From assembly GCA_030704615.1 (NCBI GenBank), contig CM060731.1, positions 50,282,001 through 50,346,000 on the forward strand: a stretch of 64,000 nt of DNA. The letters are read 5' to 3'. Shown in pieces: positions 12,911 to 25,700 of this stretch. Every line of letters begins with the position of its first letter. The first letter of the stretch is position 1. The notes beneath the pieces were generated by a model. That model did not search any database, was not told the origin of the DNA, and saw only the letters and a program-made list of their open reading frames with translations. The DNA is from Takakia lepidozioides (Eukaryota; Plantae; Bryophyta). The translations under genes were made by a program, and so were the position numbers.

Positions 12911-13999
12911 ACTGCTATCTATAATTAGTTTTGATTATCTTCTTTTATTTTGGTTATAGTAATATTGTTTGTTGGGTTGATCTTTTCCTCAAAATGATCT
13001 AATTAATTATATATTCTTGACTCACCTAGATTAAAAGGTACTAGTAAGAACTAAATAAATCAGTATCTCTATCCTTTGAACATATACATAAAGTTATTCA
13101 AAAAGAAAGAAATACTAAAGTTGATTAATTGAAATTAATTTGTTGTTGTTTATCGAATAATTAATATTTACACTAGATATCTCTCCTCTAAAATAACCAT
13201 AACCCTTATACCAAGGGTAATTATACATTTGCATTGCTTATTCCTGGATTATTGTTTTCGTAAATATGTCAGTGAGTTAGTACTAACTGTTGGTTACAAA
13301 TTACAAACGCAAAACACTTATAACGTAGAAAAATTATAATCCACACTAGCAGCACCCTCGGGGCTAGGCGGCGCCTTCGGGACCTAACCTAGCTCTGTCT
13401 AACACGAACCCTAAATTAAGTATGCACTCGTTAATGGGATGCATTATTGATTGACACCTAACAAACTCTATAACCTAAAACCTAATTCCAGCTTGGTTCA
13501 ATGACTTTATAGCTGAATCTACATGACACTCTTTCACAATATTTGGTTGTCATATGAACCTTTCGGAATGATCCCTAAATATTTTGAAACATAATTCACA
13601 TATTTCAGTGAAATCCAACCTTATTCCATTCAACGTTTTAATCCATCAATTGAAAACTTGCAATACATTGGTTTATGGTACTACTATACTGTAAGCATGG
13701 TATGGATGTTTACTTTTCATTTGTATATTATCTTCTTGAATCATCTGTTTATGTCATACATCTATCAATTTATTAATAACTTCATTCAATCGATCTTATC
13801 TTTATAATTTTCTGATGCAAAGTACGTCATTCGATTTACCATTCGATGTTACATGAATGGGATTGTGCAACTTCACAAGTTAAATGACTCAATATTCCAC
13901 GATATTATTATTATTACCTGAATTAATTTTAATTATGTTATATATTAAGTTTCGTCCGGATTTAAGCCAAAAGTCCGGAATTGCTTAAAATAGGGTTTT

Positions 14000-16141
14000 G
14001 ATGTTGGTGTGATCAGTCGTCTATCCCTCCTTGGGCCAGTCCCATAGTCCTTGTAGGAAAGAAGGATGGAAGTACTCGCTTCTGTGTAGACTTCAGACGT
14101 CTCAATGCAATTACCAAGAAAGATGCATATCCCCTTCCCATGATCAATGAGACCCTTGACATGTTACATGGAGCCACTGTGTTTTCTTCCTTAGGCTTGG
14201 CCTTTGGATTTTGGCAAGTGCCTCTAACTGAGGAAGCAAGAGAAAAAACCTCCTTTGTTTGTAGGATGAGCAAATACCAGTATGAGATCATGCGTTTTGG
14301 TTTGTGCAATGCAACTTCTACCTTCCAGTGCTTGATGGATATTGTCCTTGGAAATTCTTGACTTGCAACGTGTTTTCAGCAGATTTAGAGCTACAGGGTT
14401 AAAGTTTAAGCCTAAAAAATGTGAATTGTGTATGCCCGAGCTTCACTTCTTGGGTCATGTCTTATCTAAAGAAGGTCTTAAGTCTGATCCTGGCAAGCTT
14501 CGCTCTGTCTGGGAGTTTCCCATTCCCAAGGACAAGCACTGTGTTAAATCCTAACTTGGTTTGGCTTCTTACTACCGGAGGTTCATCAAACATTTTGCTA
14601 TGATTGCTTTTGCTTTGACCAAGCTTCTAGCTAAGGATGTTTGCTTTGAATGGGGCATTTTCCAGCAAGTTGCCTTTGACAGGTTGAAGGTTGCTCTCAC
14701 CACTGCTCCAGTCCTTATGTTTCCAAACTTCAACCTACATTTCAAGATGCAAACAGATGCTTCTGATGTTGCCATCTCTGATATTTTGTGTCAAATAGTT
14801 GATGTGAAAGAGCATGTCATTGCTTATGCCTCTAGGAAGCTCAACAAACATGAAAAGAACTATTCCATCACCGCTAGCATGAGGAAAACTCCTTTTGAGT
14901 TGCTTTATGGTAGATGTTGTGTCTCTCCTTTGCATCTTACTCCACTGATTTCCACTGTTTTTGAGCCTGCTGATTTGACTGATTTTGTGGAGAGGGTGCA
15001 TGCTAGGCTCATGGTCTTGGAAAATGAGGCTAAGGCTAACATTGTTTTGCTCAAGCAATACATGCTAGGAATTTTATCAAGCGGGTTAAGTACTCAGATC
15101 ACTTCCATGAGGGACAGAGTGTGTGCCTACGTCTTCAGCATGGACCGCATGCAAATAAGTCTAAGACGAAGATTGACGGTCCTTATTTGTTGTACAAGTT
15201 GCTTCGTGGGAGACGTGCTTTGATTTTGCCGCAGGGACACAACACGGAAGCACATGAGGAGCCAATGGCACTTGCAGATTTGATTCATTCGGAGCTGGTT
15301 TTTGACTTGACATGCATCAATGTTGAGGGGCGTTCGGTGGTGCTCACTCCTCGTGGTGCAGGTGCTTGGGAGGCTTTGGTTTCATCTCTTGGACTTAGAT
15401 AGATTTTTCATTTTCAGATTGTAGTATTATTCCATAGTTGTTTTGTAGTCTAGTTTTAGACTTAGCATGAAGTTCCAACTTGTCCACACACGTAAGGTTT
15501 TTCTTTGCATGGGTTTTGTCCCATCGGGTTTTCCCATGAAAGGTTTTTCACCCTGCGACGTTGGGGAATTTTATGGCAGGGTAACATCCTTATATTTTAC
15601 CTCGCGGAGCTTGGATTTTTAAGGGGGGGGAAGCCTTCACATATGTGATGGCTCATGTTTTCCTGGCCTGATTTTCAGCCTATTCATTACTGTCTGACAG
15701 ATTCATCCTATGCCATTAGTATTTATGGCGGGAGACCTTTATATACAGCCTGACCTATACTTTGTTTGAGGTTATCCTAGTGCATCTGGCCCCTTCATTG
15801 GTCTACGGGCCAGATCTGTTTGTAATCTAGGCACCCCGTGGCATGCTGCCACGTGGGGGTATTGCCTCACCCTAGGTTTTGGGTATAATCTTGTTCCTGA
15901 CCTTGAGTGAGGGCCCTTCAAGTTTTTGTATGTACAACCTGGTGTACCGGCTTCTGGACGTGCTCTGTGAGCTTTGGATGTGTGTGTGTTGGCTCTGCAT
16001 ATGTTGTACGTGGGATCCTCTACATGTTCATCTCTCTTCTCGTGCTGTAAAGCCCGCTCCTTCCAAGCTCTTACACCCCTAGTTTAACGTGCACTTGTGA
16101 GGATGGGAGAATCTCATTCAAGCACAAAATAAGCCTTCACA
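14000..16141 (+). mobile_element. Internally deleted Ty3/Gypsy element (RT, RNase H, INT remnants, PPT, 3' LTR)
   Basis: PWASPIVLVGKKDGSTRFCVDFRRLNAITKKDAYPLP, TDASDVAI, YASRKLNKHEKNYS, TPFELLYGR, GPY. Stops and frameshifts present. PPT aagggggggg at 15621-15630. Confidence 0.9.
15644..16141 (+). repeat. Probable 3' LTR (~500 bp)
   Basis: Starts TGTGATGGCT and ends AGCCTTCACA (TG...CA with 9/10 terminal inverted match), just downstream of the PPT. Confidence 0.65.
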
Positions 16142-16289
16142 TGGTTAACCCTTAAAAGACGAGCACTTTCTTGGCAGCACCCAAAAAAACAGTACCTACC
16201 TATCAAGTACCAAACAAATATCAAGTAGCTAGGGCATGTCAACCCTTAAAGAGGAGCACTTTTTGGGCAGCACCAAGTACCTACCTATC

Positions 16290-16710
16290 AATGAATACTC
16301 TATTTTTGTACCCGTGACCCACATTCATGAACTATACAAAGCCATATCTAAATACTACATCCTCAATGCAAAATGTGGGCAAATTCTACAATTACGTGTA
16401 CATAAGGCGAAGCCGGGAAATTAAAACTGAAGACCACTTCTTCTTCTACTGTCCTCTATACTACGAGATCTGTGGGAGATTCCACTGTTTATTCAGTGGA
16501 ACCCAATCTCTCACTGAAGTCGTCCACTATGAGGATAAGAAATGCTTGGCAGCTTACCTGTAGGAGGCCTTCACCCTTAGACAATCACTAGAACATTAGT
16601 TCTTATTTTGGGGTTCTGGTTTTGTTTGCTCTCTCATGTTTTCTTCCATTTTGTCCCATAAGCTCTATGAGCTTTCCGCGGACGTTAAAAACACCATTTC
16701 ATTTCATTTC
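16290..16710 (+). mobile_element. LINE family A (RTEX-like) 3' fragment
   Basis: EDHFFFYCPLYYEICGRFHCLF, then a 3' UTR stem-loop gtcccataagctc...gagctttccgcggac and a (CATTT)n tail. Confidence 0.75.
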
Positions 16711-17803
16711 CCATGTCCCACTACGGAGCGGACCTTCTTCTCTCCTCTATCTCTTGGTCCCCTGTGGAGCAGGCCACTTGCTCCCCTCCTTGTTCCCGGT
16801 CCTTTGTTGCCCTCCGGGCTCCCTTGCCTTGGCCGCGGGAAAAGACAGATTTGATTGGACCTTGTTTGTAACACAATGGGGATGGTAAATTAGGTGAGCT
16901 ATGGACAATTTTTCTACCCATTCAAATTTTGCCATGCAATAGTCACCTTTTGCAAAAAGCAAAAAGCCATGCCCAACTATGACATGACTGCCAAACTTTC
17001 GTACCACTTGTCTTGTAAACTTTTCTAAATACAACATAGCCAGAATACAAATTCTTGGCTAAGAGCATCTCCAACGGTGTCCCGCCATCGGGCCCGCCAA
17101 GCTGCTCATGGCGTGGAGTTTGGCGGATGGTGTGGAGTTTGGCGGAAGGACGTCCACCGGGGTCACGCTAAATCCAGCGCCGAGGTGGGCTGGCTAGTCT
17201 ACGGAAGCCACGTGGTGGCTCCAAGCTGCGCCACATCTGCTATTCCTATCCCCAAAAGCAAGAGCGCGCATTCTTCATAACTCTGCGCAACGTGCACACA
17301 CCAAACTTGCTCCCCAATGCTTGGGCATGCATATGCGCGCTTGGCGGAGGTTTGGCGAGGTACCCCCAAGGGTGCTTCCATACATTGGTTCCGGGATGGT
17401 ATTCCAGCTGTAAGCCCTCATGGCCTCAAGTGGTTATTTTTTCCACCACTTTCTAATTTATTCCAGGGCCTCTGTCCCCTGTTCATATACCAAACAAAAA
17501 AGCCATATGGCTAAATCATATTGTTGCAATAACCTGCCCACGCAAACCCTAACAAGACAGTCAAAGCCCAACAACAACTGTTATGTCTGACTAGCGATAG
17601 GATCAGAACGCGTGCTGTCCAGACGGTGCCGAGCCCAACGAGAGAGACGACAGAATGCAGCGGGCTACAAGCGTTGTTGCTCTAGCTGGCGCCTGCTGTA
17701 TTAAGAAGTCCACTGTGACAGCCATCCTCGAAAGAGTCCATCGAAATAGCAAGCTGGCTGGCAAATGTGATGGACACATTAGTACTCTTTGATCTCTCGA
17801 CCT

Positions 17804-17810
17804 TATAAAT
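17804..17810 (+). promoter_or_regulatory. TATA box upstream of the cysteine-rich peptide gene
   Basis: TATAAAT ~100 bp upstream of ATG 17908, followed by a CT-rich leader. Confidence 0.55.
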
Positions 17811-17907
17811 TGTCTTTCTTCACCGAGCGTCAACACATATGTCGTAATCAACTGACTCTTTCTTTCTTTCTCTCTCCTGATATACATACTTTACACAGGC
17901 ACAGAGA

Positions 17908-18207
17908 ATGGCGCCCCGCACGTTGCTGGCAATGTTAATGGTGCTGATGGTGACTGTGGCGGCTTGGGGTGTGACGGATGCGCATAGCCATGCATGTGCC
18001 TACACAAATATAATTCAACCGGAAACATTTAGAATTCGGAGCTGTAGCCCTGGTGACTTGATCTGTGCATACGAGCTGTCAAGCGCTGCCACACCAAGGG
18101 GCTTCCTCACCTGCAATGCAACCGGTTCCTGGGATGTCAATAACCTTTGCGGGGGCTTAACGACCTGCCACACGACTCCCAACAAACATGGATGTGCTTG
18201 CTATTGA
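17908..18207 (+). CDS. Small secreted cysteine-rich peptide (99 aa, 8 Cys), intronless
   Basis: Hydrophobic signal peptide MAPRTLLAMLMVLMVTVAAWGVTDA. Pattern C-x15-C-x6-C-x15-C-x11-C-x5-C-x8-C-x-C. TATA box upstream. Confidence 0.8.
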   Translation: MAPRTLLAMLMVLMVTVAAWGVTDAHSHACAYTNIIQPETFRIRSCSPGDLICAYELSSAATPRGFLTCNATGSWDVNNLCGGLTTCHTTPNKHGCACY

Positions 18208-19789
18208 AATGTATAAGTTGAGAGAGCTACGTAAATGCATGTTGCCGACAAGTTAATGGAGTACATCATTTCTGTAAGGTCTGCTTATGATTTAGCTGAT
18301 CCAGATGATCAGATACGAATGTTCAGTAGACTCGGTGCTCTCATGCAGAAGAGAAATAAAGAGCGAGCGATGTGGTCCAAGCTACCCACATTCGGAACGC
18401 TCAAACTTTGAGATCCAAACTTTGTGCTCGCTTTCATCATCTTTAGATATGCCCAGCTATTCTGCGAGTGGTATCAATGTGCTTCGGCTCTAGACTTTTG
18501 CCCCAGCCTTTGGAAACAAAAGGACTTTGTAAGCCAACGAAGTAAAAAAAAAGTTTAGTCACACTAGGTCGTTGGTCAACTTTCTCACTCTCTCTCATCT
18601 CTCGTCCTCCTCTCTCGATACTGGCGTCCCGGAGAATGCAGCTCACTGTTGGAAGTTAGCAAATTAGGACCATGTTGCCTTCCATCTAGTTAGCTGACTA
18701 CAACGGGAATTAAGGGAATGTCACTCCCATAGCTCTCGGCATGCTCACAAAGTGGCATGCAGACTTGTGTTATACTTAGATCTTATGTGGGCGTTTCTGG
18801 TCCATTAGTCTGCGATCAGGTTCTCACTTATCTAGGTGACTCATCCGTCACCAGTGGACATCTATTTATTCCCATCCCCTTTCGGGGTTAATCGTCAATA
18901 CACACAAATTTCAACACTCACAGGGTTCAAAAGGTTCCAAAATATTAATGTAAGAACTTTCCTTACAAAGGTCCTATGTACGACCCCGTGGCAACCTCTT
19001 CCTATTTCAAGTAGTTGTAATCTGATTCAGTACTGCATGTCAAGCTCGAGCTAAACAGACAACTCATTATAAGGCTTTGCCAACTTTATATTTGTGTCTG
19101 ACTCTCATTTGTCTCTCAATCTCAAGTACTGAGTTCAGTTGGATCTTCCAAATATCCCTCTTTCTCTATCAATCACACTCGGCTCTCCTCCAAAGAGTTT
19201 TGACCTGTGGGTGTTGGCAAGTTTCTGCGATGGCTATGGCGCTGGAAACTGCATTGTGACGATGGCCACGTACATGAAGACATTTAAACATTTAAATGGT
19301 TCGTTTCATTAGATCTCATTGGGTGATACTGTCTACCAATGAAAGTCGGGTGACGCCCAAGGTGACACCTCAATTTTGATTTATACACGCGAACGTGTGG
19401 AGGGTCAGACGACTACTGTAACAGTTAATAACTAACCCATTCCTATTCCCAGGACATGCCTCCCCTTATCACCTCCCCTGCCATGGCCGCATCCTCTCTC
19501 CTCCTTCCTCTCTTTTGTTAGATTACAAGTAGCTGTTCGGACTTGGGATTCTGGAGTGCTTAGCTTGGTTGCAGTGGTTCTGGGTCTTATCTTGTGGACC
19601 CAGTTTGTTGTTTATGTGGAATGGGAACTTCCACAAACATAGTTGGTCTTCTTTCTCTGATCTCTCTCTTTCTCTCTCTCATTTTTGTAAATTTTTGATC
19701 AGACTCTTTGTTTCGCCGTGTATTGTTGTGCGACATGTCGGTCTGTTAATGGGGAGAATGAAGTGACCACTGCAAATAGAGCTGTGAAA

Positions 19790-22700
19790 ATGCAGGGAAG
19801 AGGGATGGTGAGCTTTGTGGTAGCAGTACTAGTCCTGGAGCTCAGGGTTTGCCAAGCAGTAGTTACTGTACAGGACGACAAGTACCCATCGTGCCACACT
19901 GGCAAGGGCACCTCCAAGCTCTATAACTGTGGCTATAAATACAATCACGAGGGCGACAACCGTGTCCATCTTCCCGCCCACGCCACTCCTACCAGGTACT
20001 CACCTTCTGTTTGTGCTCATACGGATGCTGCCCTGATACTTACTGTTGAATTCCATGTATTACATTGGCCTGTCCAGTCTTCCTCTGACTATTATCCTCC
20101 TCCTTCTTGGTTTTTCGACACGCATATCCCGTTGGTTTTCTCTTGTGTTTCCACTCTCTACATACGTTATCTGTGGTCTCCTGTGGACGCCAATCACTTT
20201 TTTTCTGTCTTCTTCTCCTCTCTAGTCTTTTACATATTTACCGCAAAGTAGGTCCGACTACTGGAGCAACCCTTTGCCAATGGTTATGATCCCCAGTCTG
20301 TTTTGTCCAAGCAGGACGGAACAGATGCATCAGACCAGAACTCATGGAACTTCATGTCAATCAGCCAATCGTACAACATTTAAACTGCAATTCTATGGGG
20401 GGAGATAAATTCTTAGTCCTCCACAGGGAAATAGACAGTGAAGAACATTTCTTCTTTCACAGTTCTCTCTACTTTGAAATACTTGGGAGATTCTTTTGTC
20501 TATTCCTAGATACCAAATCTCTCATAGATCTCTTCCATTGCAGATCAGAAATGCTTCACAGCATATCTGCATCAGGCATGAGACAATCCATTGAACTATA
20601 GTTATTTTTGGGCTGCTTATGGAGGGGCCCCCTTTCTTTCTTGTTTAATACTTTCTCTTTTCCCATAAGCTCTTTGAGCTTTCCATGGACGTTATGAAGT
20701 ATCATTTCATTTCAATTCTGTTCTTCTCTCCAGTCTGCCTTCCCCTTCAGGCCCCTTTCCTACTCTGTCAAAAGGGGGTGCAAGCTGGTCTCTAGCCACA
20801 AGGCATGTAAAGCAAAGTTTAACGTTAATGTAAATGTATGATTGGCACACTACATCATTCTTGCATGGAAAAAGAACCTGGGAAAAGTGATTCATGAGGA
20901 TGCAAGAGGTTGCATAGACTTCTATTCAGAAAAGCTCACTTTGACTTCCTATCACAGGTACATGATTAAATTAAAAAAAGGGGTTCCAGCAAGCAAAGTG
21001 GATGAAATCTGCTTGATTGCAGAGACCAACAAAACAGCATATCCAGGCTACTGCATTTCAAAGTATGTTTGCCTTGCCACGCTTTGATCCTTCCTTCCAA
21101 TCTTGTCCTGTATGCCGACATGCATATAGGATTCTCTTGGCTCTTGTGATTCTCTTTGTTGGTCATGACCAGCACATGGATGCAAGTGCTAACAAGGCTG
21201 CATTCCATTGCCTCTCAAGAATTCAGGTACGAAAAGGTCTGGCTGGGAATGCTGATGGTAATGACAGGACAGAACTTACAACAGCTCCTACTCCAAGAGA
21301 TGGCGGTAATTGAGCATGTGGAGGTGGAAGGCCAGCTGCGTGTCAGCACCATTATTTCACAGATCAGACCAGCCAGCTGGGGGTTGGATCGCATAGACCA
21401 TCAGCCAGGCCAGAACCTGCTGAACCAGATTTACACAGTGAACACAAGTGGTGATGGAGTCCATGTGTATGTCCTTGACACGGTAAGGTGCTCACAAGTT
21501 GATCTCATAAAATAAGATTTCTCCCATACACAACAGCTCAATCGATCTCAAAGACAATTGCAAGAATACATGTGTCTCAAAAGACAGAGTTTGAAGTTTA
21601 TAATGAAACTGCTTCCCAAGGACAGGGAAATCAAAGGATTCAACATCCTCTTGCATACCAATAGTCTCTTGACCATATTGCTCTTTTCCCACTGTCAACC
21701 ACCAGTAGCCCATCTCATATGAACACATGGAGAGGTTGAAGTGAGGTCATAAAGCTCTCGAGGGTGGTGAAGAGACACAAAAAATGAACTTGACTTCCAG
21801 TTTGCAGTTCATCAAATGTTGTGATCAGATGTATATGTACATGGGTTGTTCAATGTACAGGGCATAAGGTGCACACACCAGGAGTTTTGGTACCAAGATG
21901 GAAGACTTGACCAAAACTTGAAGCCTATCAGTAGGTGCCTCACAGGCTTTGATGGTATCGGTGATGGTGTTGGCACCCTCGATTGCAATGGCCATGGTAC
22001 TCATTGTGCAGGTCCTTCCACTTCACCTAAAACCCCTATCCTGTCCCACTTTCTGGCCGATATGTATCAGTGCAGAAGCATGAGGGTTAAAGAGAGAATC
22101 AGCGAGACGTGTTCATGAATGCAAGCAAATTAAGTTCAAAGCACTTGGAGCACATAAACGCAGGAGAAGGAGAAGAGATGCTTGGCTAGACGCATTGGGG
22201 TCTGACCACAGGAAGGATGACTGAAGAGGTGCAAAGAGGCAGAGGCTGCAGGACTACCTAAACTGGTTGTAGGGAGGGAGAGGGGGCAGAATGGGATCGG
22301 AAAGAGTCAGAGGGCCCCACGAGAGAGATATAGCAGGAGAGAGGAAATGAGAGATACAAAGATGCACACATGAAAGGACAGATAAAGGGAACAATCTGAG
22401 GGAAAAAGTGGGGCAGGAGTTGCGTTCTACAGCTGGTGAGAAAGCACATGGAACAATGGACGTGATGCGCTAAGCAGTCTAGGCGCAATGCAGGTATAGT
22501 GGCAGGTGTGCAGAGTGGGGTGGCCAAGAATGCGTTTGTGCATCCTGTGCGTGTCATGTCGTGCGATGGGGCAGGCAGCTTTGGTGCAATCATAGCAGGA
22601 TTGGAGTGGATAAGTATCAACTACATCGCGCCTGCTGTTCTTTCCATGTCCATTGCTGCCACAGCATCCATCAGCATCGACCAAGCTGTCAACCAGCTTG

Positions 22701-25700
22701 TCAACTCCACGGGGATTGTTGTTGTGAGTCCTCTCTGTATCCTCCTTACTGCTCATGTGTCTCCATTCTGATCTTTTTCTATGACACAAGAATGCTTCAA
22801 TTACAGTACTTGAATTTGGCGTACAGAGTTTGCTGTAAAAGCACTGTCATGCCAAGGGTATAGGTCAATGGCATACTCTCAAGTGATACAGATGCCAACT
22901 GCAGGTTGCGGCAGCCGGAAACTTCAAGCAAATTACGTGCAATTACTCACCTGCCCGAGCTACTTCCGCCATTGCTGTGGGATCTTCTAACATTTTGAAT
23001 CTTATGAGTTGGTTTTCAAATTACGGAGTCTGCACAACGATTTTTGCACCTGTGAGTAAGCTGTGAACATCCCTGCTTGTTGATGTAAGAGATCTACCCA
23101 AGGTCAGGTGAGACAATACTAGAGTAAGCAGAGGCGAAAGAGAGTGCATGGAGATGGACACGATTTCTTCTCTCTTCCAATCCAATAAGAACATCTTGTA
23201 TTGAGGAAAACAAAGCGGGATGGAGTGCAGGGGGAGCTGATTGTGAGTTCTTGGAATACCAGCGACATTGCCTTCAACACCCTCTCGGGCACCTCCATGG
23301 CTTGCCCCCATGTGGTACGTTCCATCTCTTTGCAAAAAGTATACAGTGCTATCTGGTTCCCTTCAGCCCAAACAGCCAGTGCCAACAAGATAAAACGCTA
23401 AAATGCTACTCACTGGATACCGTCGTAGACTTCACCTTTCCCCATTGTCGGACTCAAGCAGTTGAATCTGCCACAGTGCCAAAGAGATGCTAGTGAGCTT
23501 GAAAAGATGGAATCTGAGTGGGGAAGATAATAGGGAATGCTTAAAGGCAAGTACAGTTGCAGGTAGGATAGAAAGTGCCACGGAGACAGCATATAGGAAA
23601 GTCCTGGGCAAAAACGAGAACCTAGATTGGCGAGGTCAGGATGTGAAAAACAACGAGGATGAAAGTGCTATGTGTAGGCAGGAGCAGCAGCGCTATTGCT
23701 GGGTCAGAATGGTGATGCACGACCCTCAGATGTACGCGAGGCTCTGTTGGATGTAGCGGAGCCAGCAGCTATAGTAGGGCTGTTCTCAAACACCACAACG
23801 AAGCTCATCAACGTCAATATCAAGCAACCCCCGTTCCAAATCCACCCTCGCTCCTTCTATGAGACATTTGAAGGCACCACCCAAATCAGCACTGTCATGA
23901 TCAAAAGCAAGCCTCTTCAACTCGTTGTGTTGACACCAACGGTCGACCCAACTATTGGTGAGTAGGGTTCACGTTCGCTCAGTGTTGTTATGCAATGCAA
24001 GGATTGTGCACAGAATATCTTGTGCAAAATTTCAAGAGTTCATCAGTGGTTTTGTTAAGAGAGGCCTTCTATCTTTCTCTTCATTACATGAGGTAGGCCT
24101 TTGTGCCCTAGAATATGCATGCATGACACTCATGTGCCATAATGTGGGAGGAAATTATGCAGGCTACTTTCAACCTGCACAACTTTATTTCACAACAGAT
24201 GCGAGCTGGTCGGTTGCCCAATCCATCAAACTTATACTCCTTCTGAGACCAGGTAACTTTCCTTTCCCCTCAGACAGTGACAGCTTCTTAAGCTTACACA
24301 TATGCTGCAGTGCAGTAGGGCTATAGTAAACAAATTTTTCTATCTACACAACTAAATCACAAAAGCAAAAAGTGTTAACCAACAATTCTGTCTGGAAACA
24401 CAAATGGAAACTTGAGGATCAACAGTACTGTGGCGACCAATGGAAAACTTAAAACTGTCTTATTGTATGTCAGCTTTTAAAGGTGAGACTTAGTGATTGT
24501 TGAAGTTTAACCATGAGTGGCAGATTTCTTGGATAAAAGCTCCTTGATTCAATGGGTGTTCACAAGCCAAGATGAACGCTATGACGCTTCTCCAGAAGGC
24601 TACGTCATGTCCTTGGACACAGGTTTGTAAGCCTGCACTTGCTTGAACGTATGCCCAATCATAGATTTGCACCCGCCTATTTTGAAATTCGTCTGTCAAA
24701 GTCACCTTGTCCCGGCAGCTTTTGGGCTTCCTGTTGCTGTTATAGTTCCTTCATTCTCTGTTGCTTTCTCACGAATTTAGCTGGACTCAGTGACGTCTGT
24801 GTGCAGGTGTTTGCAAGATGACAGAGAAAAACCCTTGCGGGCAGACTGCAGACAATCCGAAAATAATACCGGGTGTTCCCTTCTATTACTACGACAACTC
24901 AAATAATTACAAAAACGTGTATGACTCACCGTTCGACTACTGCCACAGCACGGGCCCGGATGTTGTCTTTCAGCACACTCCAATGTCTGACCTGGTGACT
25001 TGCTTTCCTCTTCTAGGTGGCATGTACAGAACATCCTACAATGTTCTCCTGAATCTTTTCTTCCCTTCCTTGCTCCGCATCATTCCACCTTTTTCCCTTT
25101 TGCTTCCCACGGCAGGGTATTGAAGTACTCATCAAGCTACTGAGGGAACTGCACTACTAGGACAGACAATTCTCGTAATAACAGCTCTAGGGATTTGCGC
25201 ATTTATCAAACCCAAAAGCGCTGGAAAGTATCATTTCTTTAGTTTTTCTTTCTAAGGTTAGCGGGGCGGTCAAGAAAGTTCCTATTGTAAGCTGCGAGCA
25301 AAACCAAATTCTGTGGCTGGGAGCATTCAAACTGCACTTGTTTGTACCGGTTAAGCATAGCCAAAACCAATTAGAATGCATGCAAATCTTTATTAGGACA
25401 TCACAGGCGGTCACCTTACCTTTTTTTTGGAAGTATGCTGTACAAAGCAGTCATCAGTGATAAGAATCCCAGAGTCTTTCAGTTACACTTTGTAACCCAA
25501 ATTAACAGGAAAAAATCACTTAATCCATAACAGCATTGACGCAAGGGTGGACTGCTGATGGGGCAGAATGCCACTGTGTCACTATGTGGGCCGAACACCA
25601 ACTTTGATACAACATTGTCTGTGTACGAGAAGGTTCTACTGAACGGAAAATCTCAGCTCAATCGAATTGCCTGCAACGATGACTACTGCAGTGTGCAGTC

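Noticed and set aside
17063-17400. Tourist-like MITE starting GAGCATCTCCAA
   Set aside because: No matching right terminal repeat was found.
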